Of a stretch of DNA of 64,000 bases, positions 47,984 through 57,945 are shown in pieces. Origin of the DNA: Ruminococcus sp. (GTDB lineage: Bacteria > Bacillota > Clostridia > Oscillospirales > Ruminococcaceae); assembly GCA_017516465.1 (NCBI GenBank), contig JAFXCR010000011.1:2553-66552 (forward strand), in the 5' to 3' direction. Each line of letters begins with the position of its first letter. Positions within the stretch are counted from its first letter, which is position 1. The translations under genes and the position numbers were made by a program. Below the pieces are notes generated by a model. It was not told the origin of the DNA and did no database searches. It saw nothing but the letters and a program-made list of their open reading frames with translations.

Positions 47984-49402
47984 ATGAATATTCTTTTTGC
48001 TGCAAGTGAGGCTGTTCCATACGCAGCCTCAGGCGGTCTTGCCGATGTGGCAGGTTCTCTGCCGAAGGCGATATATGATAAAGGCCATGACTGTCGTGTG
48101 GTAATTCCACTGTATAAGGCTATAACTCCTGAACTTCGCATGAAAATGAAATTCATTACCAATATCACGGTAGATGTATCATGGCGTAAGCAGTACTGTG
48201 GGATTTTCAGTGCTGTTCAGGATAATATTACATATTATTTCATAGATAATGAATATTACTACATGAGAGACGGACTTTACGGATTTTATGATGACTGTGA
48301 ACGTTTTGTGTTTTTCAGCAGAGCAGTGCTTGAAATGCTGAAATATATTGATTTCACTCCGGAAGTTATAAACTGCAATGACTGGCAGACAGCTCTGATT
48401 CCTGTTTACTATAATGTCTACTATAAATATCAGCAGGGCTATGACGGAATAAAAACAGTTTTCACTATCCATAACATTGAGTATCAGGGAAAATACGGTA
48501 AAGAGGTTCTAAACGAATTGATGGGAATACCGGCTTATAATGCTAATCTTCTTGATTATGACGGTTATGTGAATATGCTCAAGGGGGCGATTGAAACCGC
48601 CGATAAGATCGTTACAGTAAGTCCATCCTATGCGTGGGAGATACTTGATCCGTGGTATGCTCATGGACTGGATAGAATCCTTGTAACGAAGCAATATAAA
48701 CTCAAGGGAATCCTGAACGGAATTGATACTCAGCGATATGACCCTGAGATGGATCCACAGATAATCAGTTCTTATTCTATAAAAGATATATCTGGCAAGG
48801 CATATTGTAAGCTTTCGCTTCTTAATGAGCTTGGACTTGATGAAGGCGATGAGCCGGTAATCGGAATTGTAACAAGATTTGTAAATCACAAAGGAATTGA
48901 TCTTATTCGCTGTGTATTTGAAGAAATGATTTCAATGGGAATTAAGTTTGCAGTTCTTGGAAGCGGAGAGAAGATGTATGAAGACTTCTTCAAGGAAATG
49001 GCTGCAAGATATCCTAACCGGGTGTCAGTAACGCTTGGATTTGTTCCGGAGCTTTCTCATAAGATATATGCCGGATCAGATATGTTCCTTATGCCGTCGA
49101 AAAGTGAGCCGTGTGGTCTTGCCCAGATGATAGCAATGAGATATGGAACGATTCCGATTGTCCGTGAAACAGGTGGTCTGAGAGACACAGTCAGGGATAA
49201 CGGCGGAATAAACGGCAATGGTTTTACATTTAAAACTATAAATGCACTTGATATGCTTGACGCTGTAAGACGTGCAGTAGGAGACTATGAGAATAAGGAT
49301 ATATGGAATTCACTTGTCAAGCGTGCAATGAGCTGTGATTACAGCTGGCAGACTTCCGCAGATGTGTATATTGATATGTACAGGAATCTTACTGCTTATT
49401 GA
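47984..49402 (+). CDS. glgA: Glycogen synthase
   Basis: SGGLADVAGSLP, CNDWQTAL, FTIHNIEYQG, EPCGLAQM. Confidence 0.95.
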   Translation: MNILFAASEAVPYAASGGLADVAGSLPKAIYDKGHDCRVVIPLYKAITPELRMKMKFITNITVDVSWRKQYCGIFSAVQDNITYYFIDNEYYYMRDGLYGFYDDCERFVFFSRAVLEMLKYIDFTPEVINCNDWQTALIPVYYNVYYKYQQGYDGIKTVFTIHNIEYQGKYGKEVLNELMGIPAYNANLLDYDGYVNMLKGAIETADKIVTVSPSYAWEILDPWYAHGLDRILVTKQYKLKGILNGIDTQRYDPEMDPQIISSYSIKDISGKAYCKLSLLNELGLDEGDEPVIGIVTRFVNHKGIDLIRCVFEEMISMGIKFAVLGSGEKMYEDFFKEMAARYPNRVSVTLGFVPELSHKIYAGSDMFLMPSKSEPCGLAQMIAMRYGTIPIVRETGGLRDTVRDNGGINGNGFTFKTINALDMLDAVRRAVGDYENKDIWNSLVKRAMSCDYSWQTSADVYIDMYRNLTAY

Positions 49403-49413
49403 TGAGAATAATA

Positions 49414-49445
49414 AATAAGGGCGATCGTCTGATCGCCCTTATTTT
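49414..49445. terminator. Bidirectional terminator
   Basis: aataagggcgatc-gtct-gatcgcccttatt. Confidence 0.85.
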
Positions 49446-49465
49446 ATATATGAAGCTGTGTCGTT

Positions 49466-51100
49466 TTAACTGAAATTCTGTGCGAGTCTGTAATCAATTG
49501 ATCCAGTAAATGGATCGTATATAAGTGATTCATTATCATTGGAGGAGACAAGATAGGCGTTCTTGTAAAAAAGGGGAATGAAGCCGTATCCTCCGGTTAT
49601 AGTTTTTTCAGCACTGGTATAGGATTCAACCAGCGAGGATATATCTGCACATCTCAATATATCTTCTGTAAAAGAGGCATTTCCGGCTGCTGATTTAAGG
49701 CAGTCAATTTTTTCAAACTTACCGATAACTGAAATTCCGCTGCCGATATCTCCCTTTAAAGGGTACAGAGCTATTGTATAATTGCCGTCAGCTATTCGTT
49801 TGTTGAATTCCTCGGCAGTAACGTCTTCGATACCGATATATATTCCAAGGGTATCCTGCCAGATTTGCGAGAGGAGATGGAGATCTCCGGAATCAGCAGT
49901 TTCAGCATTAACAAGAATTTTTACCGACTCAACAGAACCGATGTTGAGTTCTTTTTTTGCATCCTGAAGACATTTTCTGGCATTATCAGGATCGTACACA
50001 CTGAACTGACTGTCAGAAGAAAGTTCACGATAGCTTCTTCCGGCAAGCGTTACAGCTGGAGGAATGATACCTGATGCAATTTCAGTATCGTCATTAATTT
50101 GATCGCTGAGGTAATTCCTGTCAATAGAATATGCAAGAGCTTTTCTAAGATTTTTATTTGAGAACGTTTTGCTTTGAGGATTGAATATAAGTCCGAGTGT
50201 TATAGCTGGACTGCTTTTAACGGAATATTTATTTTTGTTGTAGGAATCCTGTAAGGTAGAGAAGCATTCAATTTCTCCATTTCTGAAAAGCTCCTGAACA
50301 TCACTGTCAGAGTTCTGGATAGTAAAGCTTACATAGGCAGGAAGAACCTGAAATTTCTCGTTGGCGTTGATTTCATTACGTCTCATGTAGAGGATATTGT
50401 GTTTTCCGTATGGATCAAAAAACCACTGACGGACATAAAACGGACCATTTGACATAACTGAAGTATCATCGAGACCATATCGTCCTTTTGTTGATTCAAA
50501 GAAGTCACGGTTGCATGGATAAGCAGCCGCAGTAGACAACATTCCAAGAAATTCTGCTGAAGGATATTCAAGATTTATTTCAAGAGTGAAGTCATCGCGA
50601 GCGTAGATTCCTGCTGTTTCAGGAGCTGATTTTCCGTTTATGACAGCACTTCCGTTTTTTATGCAGCTGAAATTTGAAACATACGGAGACTGCATTCTTG
50701 GATCAAGTACACGCTGCAGAGCGAAAACGTAATCATCTGCTGTAACGGGGAAATACTCATTTTCATCTATCTCATCATTGTCGTTCTGATCATAGAACCA
50801 GTAGTTATCCTGACGGAGAGTGAAGGTGTATGTCAGCTGATCGGAACTTACTGTATAGCTTTCGGCGTTGCAGCAGACGATATTTCCGTTTATGTCTGAA
50901 GAAACGAGACCGCTGTACAGATTTTTGATAACTGTATTGGAAGAAGGATCATTAGCAAACTGGGGATCAAGGCTTTTGGGATTTCCTGAAAGCGGAACAT
51001 CATACAAGTGATTTGCACCGCTGCCCTTGTCTTTTTTTTCGCAAGAAGAAAGCGGAAAGACAAGAAGTGCTGTGCAGAGAAGAGCTGCTGTTTTTTTCAA
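49466..51100 (-). CDS. Peptide ABC transporter substrate-binding lipoprotein (OppA-like, family 5)
   Basis: Lipobox LSSC, PKSLDPQ, YTFTLR, SNGPF, LRKALAYSIDR; TTG start. Confidence 0.85.
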   Translation of the reverse strand: MKKTAALLCTALLVFPLSSCEKKDKGSGANHLYDVPLSGNPKSLDPQFANDPSSNTVIKNLYSGLVSSDINGNIVCCNAESYTVSSDQLTYTFTLRQDNYWFYDQNDNDEIDENEYFPVTADDYVFALQRVLDPRMQSPYVSNFSCIKNGSAVINGKSAPETAGIYARDDFTLEINLEYPSAEFLGMLSTAAAYPCNRDFFESTKGRYGLDDTSVMSNGPFYVRQWFFDPYGKHNILYMRRNEINANEKFQVLPAYVSFTIQNSDSDVQELFRNGEIECFSTLQDSYNKNKYSVKSSPAITLGLIFNPQSKTFSNKNLRKALAYSIDRNYLSDQINDDTEIASGIIPPAVTLAGRSYRELSSDSQFSVYDPDNARKCLQDAKKELNIGSVESVKILVNAETADSGDLHLLSQIWQDTLGIYIGIEDVTAEEFNKRIADGNYTIALYPLKGDIGSGISVIGKFEKIDCLKSAAGNASFTEDILRCADISSLVESYTSAEKTITGGYGFIPLFYKNAYLVSSNDNESLIYDPFTGSIDYRLAQNFS

Positions 51101-51179
51101 TTTTATCTCCTTTTTATCAAAATAAGCAAGAGACAGAGGGTGTATTTCTGAATCTTGCTTATAAGTGTTCTATTTGAAA

Positions 51180-52253
51180 TTAAATGACGCTTACGGTTAC
51201 GATAAAACCGTCAGAATTATTTCCGGAAACAGTATACGTTTTACTTACCGGAACAGGAACCTCAGTACTGCCGCCAGCACTTGCAGGAGTATAATATACA
51301 TGGTAAAGCTTGGAATCTACCTGAATTTCAAGAGGATTGCTGTTATTATACGCCTTAATGTTGAGGATATACTCTTCAAGACATAGGTTATTATCTCTTA
51401 TGTATTTTGCGTGCGGAACACCGACATATCTGTATGTCTGGGATCGCGGAATATCGCCCGTAAAATATTCTTTTCCTTCGGGATATCTCACAACAAAGCC
51501 GTAATCAGCAGCGTGTTCATCTATCCACGCATAAATTCCGGTAGGGGAATAGAAGCCATGACTTGATCCGTCCTTAGGGAAGATACCCATATCAAAGCTT
51601 CTTGCAGAGTGGTAGTCGGAATAACCGCCCTTGTATTTTGAATTACCTGAGTTATATTTATCTTTCTGATCCTCAAGTGTTCTGAAACCACCTATAATCA
51701 TAATGTCTGTATTTCCGGATACATTATAGAAAGCTTCCATCATGCTGTTAAGCTGATTAACAACATCTGAATCAAGACGCATGACATAATCGCTTACGCT
51801 GTAATAATCTGTTTTGATGTTATCATAAAGAGTAACAGGGGTTGTGTCCGCTTCGGGGAAGGTATATTGGTTGGACTGATTTACAAGAATAAGGCTTCCG
51901 CAGCTGAGATCAGTAGAGGAATAGGTCTCTGTTCTGAATGCGTAGTCAGAAGCAGCTGTAAGATCGGACGACGAGAGTAATGAATTTGTATCATCGCTTA
52001 TAACGAGATTATCTATGATAGTTGAACCGGATCCATTATTGGTTGTATTTGAATTATCTGAATCAGATGCTGAATCTGAGGATTTTTTCTTGCTGTTTTT
52101 TTTGCCTTCCTTGCAGCTTTTCATGCAGGAGGCGGGGATAACAATCAGAACAATAAGAACGAGAACGGCAGCTGCGATACGGTCATATCTGACTCTGTAT
52201 CTTTTCGAGGTACCGTTTCTGCGGTGATCTCTGCGCTCATATTCTTTATTCAT
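51180..52253 (-). CDS. M15B/VanY-like D,D-carboxypeptidase homolog, probably inactive
   Basis: GGFR..EDQ, YGFVVRYPEGKE, YRYVG..HA and LCLEEY match the family; SEH and EPWH motifs are replaced. Confidence 0.82.
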   Translation of the reverse strand: MNKEYERRDHRRNGTSKRYRVRYDRIAAAVLVLIVLIVIPASCMKSCKEGKKNSKKKSSDSASDSDNSNTTNNGSGSTIIDNLVISDDTNSLLSSSDLTAASDYAFRTETYSSTDLSCGSLILVNQSNQYTFPEADTTPVTLYDNIKTDYYSVSDYVMRLDSDVVNQLNSMMEAFYNVSGNTDIMIIGGFRTLEDQKDKYNSGNSKYKGGYSDYHSARSFDMGIFPKDGSSHGFYSPTGIYAWIDEHAADYGFVVRYPEGKEYFTGDIPRSQTYRYVGVPHAKYIRDNNLCLEEYILNIKAYNNSNPLEIQVDSKLYHVYYTPASAGGSTEVPVPVSKTYTVSGNNSDGFIVTVSVI

Positions 52254-52430
52254 ATAAAAGAATCTCTCCTTAAGTCAATTCCTTAATTTAAATTTTGAAA
52301 TGTAAATAATATATCACTAATTGTGATATATTATATCACAAAAAATCCGGATTGTAAAGCTTTTTTTGAAAATTTTACAAGAAATTTGAAATTTAGTTAC
52401 AATACGGTTAAGAAAACTGATTTGAGGTGC

Positions 52431-53711
52431 TTAAATCTTTTCTATTATAATCGGTACTGCATAGCAGACACTGGCGATGAAGGCGAGTTTGACAAGAACA
52501 GAAAGTGAAAGAAATCTGCGTTTACGGATACATTTTTTCAGGAGTGCAGGACTATTCTTGTATTCTTCAAGAGATTTCAGAATATCGCAGGCGGTGTCGT
52601 AATCGCTGTGGAATTCAGCAGAAGCAATGAGAGATACTGCTTTTCTGTAAGCGTTTTCACTGTCGTAATTGTTTGTGAGCATTAATTCACCACATTCCTG
52701 AACTCTGACTGGAGAATCTTTGTAATTTTCAAGTTCAATAAAAATATTCATAGCCGTTTTAGTTTCTTCAAGTGAAGTACTTTCTTCTGCGAGCCGACAG
52801 GCTTTCTGATAATATTCTTCCTTGAGCTCATCCATTTTGACAGTACATTCGTTAAGCAGGGAATCTGTATCCTGACACTGAGAAAGAAGTTCCCGTGCCA
52901 TTGAAAGCTCAGCCAGACTCTTAGCGGATTTCAGAAGCCTTGTACCTCTGTTAAGCATTGATTTTCGGGTGAGCTCTTCAAGTTCCTTATTTCCGAGCCG
53001 CAGAGCAGTTCTGTAATTGCTGCTGAACGATAGATCGTAGTCGATATCGGGTATTTTATCAGGACTATCAAGCTCACATTCCACAAGAAGCTTTCCGAAA
53101 TATGCTTCGGAGGACTGAGGAGATATATTGCTTGCACGAGAAAAATAAGCGTCAGCTGCCGCCCATTTTTTATTTGAAAGACAGAGCCTTCCTTGCACAA
53201 TGAGTTCGTCAGGAGATAACTCAGCTTCCTCAGGTTTCATGTTGTCTGTATATTGTTGAGCGACGTGACCGAGAAGTTTTTTCTGCATGACATCAATGTA
53301 TTCAGCTTCTTTACGATAAGCACTGCTGCGTGATGAATCTTCAGTATTCATAGCCATTAGAAAGAACGGGTCGCAAAGAATAGAGCGATATCTTGCTCTG
53401 CGGCAGTCCGGAACCATGATATTTATCTGACTTTCGTTTATATATTTTATACCATAGCGACAGAGAGTAAGCTGCCAATAAATTTCAGGATCATTGTCGG
53501 TATGTTTAAGAAGCTCCTCGTAGAGAGAAGTTGCTTTGTTGAATTCACATTGTTGTCTGAGATGATTGGCACGATTAAAAACGGATATAATTTTGTCACT
53601 GATTGAAGCAGGGAGTGTCTGTGATGTACCGCAGAAACGGCATACGCAAAGGCTCTGTCCCTCTGAATCTTCAATTTCGTTTTCGCACATTCTGCATTTG
53701 TATATGGGCAT
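52431..53711 (-). CDS. Zinc-ribbon/TPR-repeat protein with C-terminal TM anchor
   Basis: CRMC...CVCRFCG, TPR-like helices, hydrophobic C-terminus. Confidence 0.78.
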   Translation of the reverse strand: MPIYKCRMCENEIEDSEGQSLCVCRFCGTSQTLPASISDKIISVFNRANHLRQQCEFNKATSLYEELLKHTDNDPEIYWQLTLCRYGIKYINESQINIMVPDCRRARYRSILCDPFFLMAMNTEDSSRSSAYRKEAEYIDVMQKKLLGHVAQQYTDNMKPEEAELSPDELIVQGRLCLSNKKWAAADAYFSRASNISPQSSEAYFGKLLVECELDSPDKIPDIDYDLSFSSNYRTALRLGNKELEELTRKSMLNRGTRLLKSAKSLAELSMARELLSQCQDTDSLLNECTVKMDELKEEYYQKACRLAEESTSLEETKTAMNIFIELENYKDSPVRVQECGELMLTNNYDSENAYRKAVSLIASAEFHSDYDTACDILKSLEEYKNSPALLKKCIRKRRFLSLSVLVKLAFIASVCYAVPIIIEKI

Positions 53712-53713
53712 AG

Positions 53714-54526
53714 TCAGGTCTCCTTGATATTTTTATAATTTGTACGGTTAGCGGCTTGTTTTCTGTATTCCGAAGGCGTACAAGCTCTGTATTTTTTGAA
53801 CTGTCTCATAAAGAAGGAATCATTTTCGTATCCGGCTTTTTCAGCAATTTCGGATATAGACAGGTCAGTAGATTTGAGCAGTTCACATCCGAGTGTAAGT
53901 CTGCTTTCTATAACATCACGCAGAAAAGTAGTTCCGAAGGCTTCCTGATAAAGACGATGGAAATAAGTACGGCTTATTCCGATTTTCCGGCACATAGAAT
54001 CTGCATTCCATTCAGCGGATGGATTTTCATAAATCGAGTCTCGTAGGATTTTAAGTTCATAGTAATGCAGGGGGACAGCATCAATTTTTTCAGATGCGGC
54101 TGTATATGATTCGCTTATCAGTATAAAAATGATTTTCATGTACAGCTCCATAAGCTCGTTTACAGCTTGTCCCTGTCGGATAAAATTTGTGTTCATTGTT
54201 CTGACGGAGCTTATAACTGCGATGTCATCCAATATCTTGATCGGAGTATTTACAGGAAGTCTGAGAGATGATATGTATTGTTTGTCTGAGGACGAGGGAC
54301 GAAAAGTAATGCAGTCGAATCTGAGATTTCGTTTAGACGGAGAACGGAAGCTTTTTTTACAGTCAGAAGTGAGAATTAAAGCAGTGCTTCCGGAAACAGC
54401 GTGCTGATTTCCGTTGATTGTAAGAATGGCGGGAGATTTTATTATATAAAGACTGAGAGCTGTTTCAGGTAAATTTTTCTCTTGAGTATCACGGTTACAG
54501 TTAAGACTGATCTGTAAAATTTTCAT
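53714..54526 (-). CDS. AraC-family transcriptional regulator
   Basis: ISRTYFHRLY...FGTT and IAEKAGYENDSFFMRQFKK. Confidence 0.9.
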   Translation of the reverse strand: MKILQISLNCNRDTQEKNLPETALSLYIIKSPAILTINGNQHAVSGSTALILTSDCKKSFRSPSKRNLRFDCITFRPSSSDKQYISSLRLPVNTPIKILDDIAVISSVRTMNTNFIRQGQAVNELMELYMKIIFILISESYTAASEKIDAVPLHYYELKILRDSIYENPSAEWNADSMCRKIGISRTYFHRLYQEAFGTTFLRDVIESRLTLGCELLKSTDLSISEIAEKAGYENDSFFMRQFKKYRACTPSEYRKQAANRTNYKNIKET

Positions 54527-54673
54527 GTCATTTCTCCTTATTCATGATTAATGATATTATATCATAAAAAAAGAATTATTTCAATGAAAAAATTTAAAAA
54601 ATGGTGAGAGTTTATATGATATCAAAACGATTAATATATATAGAGTATTTTTATCAGAGGAGGAGAAGTGTAA

Positions 54674-57049
54674 ATGATCTCAATTATTTCCGGAATAATT
54701 CTTCCGGCAATATTTCACAGTATATTCTGCATGATATGCAGAAGGAAAAAGGTGCCGGAAATTGCAGCCGAGAAGAAGCTGTCAAAGGATGAAAAGAAGC
54801 AGCTCAGGAAGGAAGAACGCGAAAAAAGGAAGAAATCCGAAAAAATTTTACTGATGATAATGATAACAGAAATTGTTCTGTTTATAATATTGAATTTGAT
54901 TTCAATGTATGCAATGAATTTCAACGGCTTATATATCTCGCCTGTTGCCGTTGCTGTATCAGGAATATTACCGTTTGCGGCAGTCACGGTAAGGTATTTT
55001 AAAGGCGATGGGAAGCTTTTTATTTTTCTGAAAAGAATATCAGTTGCAGCGATTGTCCTTATTTCAGCGGAAGTAGTTCTTTTTAACGGAAAAAGCTTTG
55101 ATAAAGAGAAAAATAAAAATATAATACCTGCGAATATGATACAGATGAGTGATGGGGCAGTCGTTGAAAACGATAGGATAGTAGTTAATGCTTCGTCATC
55201 GCTTACATTGAATTATGTTCCGGACGGAACAAATGCACTTATAATCGACTTTGACAGAAAGATAGACGAAAACAGTAATACAATAAGCGTCGGACTATTT
55301 CTCAAAGATGAAAATCTGAGCCGAAGCTTTGAATTGATACAGAATAAAATTACAATGGCGTGTGACAGGGATACTACACTGTCATTCCAGCCCTATGGCA
55401 AGGTGAAGGCACTGAGACTGGATATCGGGGAGGTACATTCTCCGGTTACGATAAACAGCATTACAGCTGTAAGTGCGATTCCATTTCATTTTTCAATGAT
55501 ACGATTTCTGATACTTCTTGGAGTGTGTGCCGCAGTATTTGCTGTCTTATCATTTGAATTGTGGAGAGTCAGCTATCAGAGTCGTAAGCCGCTTCATATA
55601 CTGATTACAGAGCTGATGGCAATTGTGTGTACCTTGTCAGTTTTTATAATGACTGATCCTTTTAAAAAACCAGAAGAGTATGACAGTGAAAATGCGGGAA
55701 ATCTGAATCCTTATAATCAGACGCTGGACGCTTTTCTGAAAAAGCAGGTCAGCCTTGATATTGATGTACAGCCTGAGCTTGAAACGCTGGATAATGTCTA
55801 TGATACCAGCGAAAGAAACGAAAAAGAAATACATGGACGATGGGATTACGCTTATTATAAGGGAAAGTATTATTGTTATTTTGGCTGTGCTCCCGTACTT
55901 ACATATAATCTTCCTTATTATCTGATAACAGGAAAGCTTCCGTCAACTGATATGACGCTTGGATTTTTCAGTGTACTTGCAGCATATTTCTTGTGCAGGA
56001 TGCTTCTTGCGGCTGTAAGGCTGTTTGCTCCGAAAGCAAATCTTCTTATAATACTGAGTTTTATGGCTGTTACACCAGGATTATCAGGACTATATTACTG
56101 TGTAAATGTCGGAAGTACATATAACATTCCGATAGCATGCGGATTGTGCTGGCTGTTTCTATGTTTATGGACAGGCTTTGAAGCGTGTCTGACTTCAAAA
56201 AAGCCGCTCAAGCTTGTTCTGTTGTCTGTTTCGGGTATTTCCCTTGCATTTTGTACTGCGTCACGTCCCGGAATAGCACTTTGCAGTGTGATACTTATTC
56301 CTCTGTTCATAGGAATTCTCCGCAACAAGGAGCAGAAGCCTGTGTTCCGTGGAGCGCAGGCGGTCTGCTTCTGCGTACCGCTGCTGATAGGTGGAATTCT
56401 TCTGATGATGTATAATAATGCACGCTTTGGATCTCCATTTGATTTCGGATATAAATATCAGCTTACTGTAAGCAATGTTTCTGCAAATAGCCTCAGTTTT
56501 GCCGGCTTACCACCGATGCTGTACCATTACTTCTTCCAGCTTCCGAGAGCAGCGGCAGTATTCCCGTTCTTTGAGCCTACATATTGTATACTGTATAATT
56601 ATCAGAAATACACATTCCTTGCTGACTGTATAGGGGTATTTACATATCCTGTAATTGCAGCGGGATTTCTGATGATACCGTCTGCACTCAAAAAGAACAG
56701 ATTCAGTAATAATTGCGGTGTAACAGCAATTCAGCAGAAGTCGGTTATTATTCTTTGTTTTGCAATGGCATTGTTTATAGCATGGCAGGACTTCTGTCTC
56801 GGCGGAGCGGTTACACGATATGTAATTGACTTTATGCCGCTTCTGATGATTGGTGTTCTGCTGTGTATACTTCGCGGAAGCAGCAATCCCGAAAAGCACA
56901 CAATGAGATACGGTCTGATAATTGCTTCATGTGCGGCAACGTTTGTTATAAGCTGTCTTTTGACAATTCAGGTAAAAGATGGTAGTCTTATGAGACGTTT
57001 TCCGAACCTTTATGATACAGTTGAAGATCTGATGATATTCTGGCAATAA
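54674..57049 (+). CDS. Large polytopic membrane protein, probable GT-C-fold glycosyltransferase
   Basis: More than 12 TM helices, extracellular beta-rich loop, DYAYYKGKYYCYFG, ASRP, YNNARFGSPFDFG, RYVIDF. Confidence 0.65.
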   Translation: MISIISGIILPAIFHSIFCMICRRKKVPEIAAEKKLSKDEKKQLRKEEREKRKKSEKILLMIMITEIVLFIILNLISMYAMNFNGLYISPVAVAVSGILPFAAVTVRYFKGDGKLFIFLKRISVAAIVLISAEVVLFNGKSFDKEKNKNIIPANMIQMSDGAVVENDRIVVNASSSLTLNYVPDGTNALIIDFDRKIDENSNTISVGLFLKDENLSRSFELIQNKITMACDRDTTLSFQPYGKVKALRLDIGEVHSPVTINSITAVSAIPFHFSMIRFLILLGVCAAVFAVLSFELWRVSYQSRKPLHILITELMAIVCTLSVFIMTDPFKKPEEYDSENAGNLNPYNQTLDAFLKKQVSLDIDVQPELETLDNVYDTSERNEKEIHGRWDYAYYKGKYYCYFGCAPVLTYNLPYYLITGKLPSTDMTLGFFSVLAAYFLCRMLLAAVRLFAPKANLLIILSFMAVTPGLSGLYYCVNVGSTYNIPIACGLCWLFLCLWTGFEACLTSKKPLKLVLLSVSGISLAFCTASRPGIALCSVILIPLFIGILRNKEQKPVFRGAQAVCFCVPLLIGGILLMMYNNARFGSPFDFGYKYQLTVSNVSANSLSFAGLPPMLYHYFFQLPRAAAVFPFFEPTYCILYNYQKYTFLADCIGVFTYPVIAAGFLMIPSALKKNRFSNNCGVTAIQQKSVIILCFAMALFIAWQDFCLGGAVTRYVIDFMPLLMIGVLLCILRGSSNPEKHTMRYGLIIASCAATFVISCLLTIQVKDGSLMRRFPNLYDTVEDLMIFWQ

Positions 57050-57053
57050 AAAT

Positions 57054-57095
57054 AAAGACAGTACTGTATTTTGAAGATACCGTACTGTCTTTTTT
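57054..57095. terminator. Bidirectional terminator
   Basis: aaagacagtac...gtactgtcttt plus T tract. Confidence 0.8.
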
Positions 57096-57109
57096 GATTA
57101 AGTATATAA

Positions 57110-57805
57110 TTACTTGTTGTCAGCATCGAGCCACTTATATGCAAGTGCAGCAAGACCAGCACCGATAAACGGAGCAATGATAAAAATCCATACCTGAATA
57201 AGAGCGTCGCCGAGTGCAAAGATTGCAGGGAAAAGACTTCTTGCAGGATTTACAGATGTTCCTGTAAGACCGATTCCGAGGATGTGAACGAGTGTGAGCG
57301 TCAGACCGATTACAAGTCCGCCGAAAGAACCATGGTTAGCCTTCTTGGATGTTACGCCGAGAATAGCAATTACAAAAATGAATGTAAGAACTATTTCAAC
57401 GATAAATCCGGCAATGATGCTGTCGTTTACTCCGGCAAGAGTGTTGGCACCCATACCCCAGTCCTTGTCTTCCGGTGCAGTATAATCCTTGATATCGCTA
57501 AGCTTGAATATGAGTCTGAGGAGAAGTGTTCCGATAAAGGAACCTGCACACTGGGAGACTACATAGCCGAGGAATTCTCTGGTGTTGAGACCGCCGTTCA
57601 TGTAAACTGCGAAAGAAACGGCAGGATTAACGTGACATCCTGAGATATTTCCGATGCTGTAAGCCATAGCTACGATAGAAAGACCGAAAGCAAGAGCAAT
57701 AGTAAGAGTTCCTAATCCTGACATAGCTGCACCGCAACCGATGAGCACCAATACGCAGGTACCGATACATTCAGCTGCATACCTTTTGATCATTGATTTT
57801 TCCAT
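57110..57805 (-). CDS. aqpZ: Aquaporin (MIP family, AqpZ-like)
   Basis: Two NPA motifs (HVNPAVS and SVNPARS); LVHI filter His. Confidence 0.9.
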   Translation of the reverse strand: MEKSMIKRYAAECIGTCVLVLIGCGAAMSGLGTLTIALAFGLSIVAMAYSIGNISGCHVNPAVSFAVYMNGGLNTREFLGYVVSQCAGSFIGTLLLRLIFKLSDIKDYTAPEDKDWGMGANTLAGVNDSIIAGFIVEIVLTFIFVIAILGVTSKKANHGSFGGLVIGLTLTLVHILGIGLTGTSVNPARSLFPAIFALGDALIQVWIFIIAPFIGAGLAALAYKWLDADNK

Positions 57806-57903
57806 TTGGTTGTCCTCCTTTTCTGAATTTTTCCGATTAATCCGGATGTATATATTATACCATTTTAAGGTGATATAGTCAAGATATCAGGATTGTTAAA
57901 AGA

Positions 57904-57941
57904 AAAAGATATTCCCATGCCGGAGCAGGGGAATATCTTTT
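57904..57941 (-). terminator. Terminator after the dockerin genes
   Basis: aaaagatattccc...gggaatatctttt. Confidence 0.8.
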
Positions 57942-57945
57942 AATG

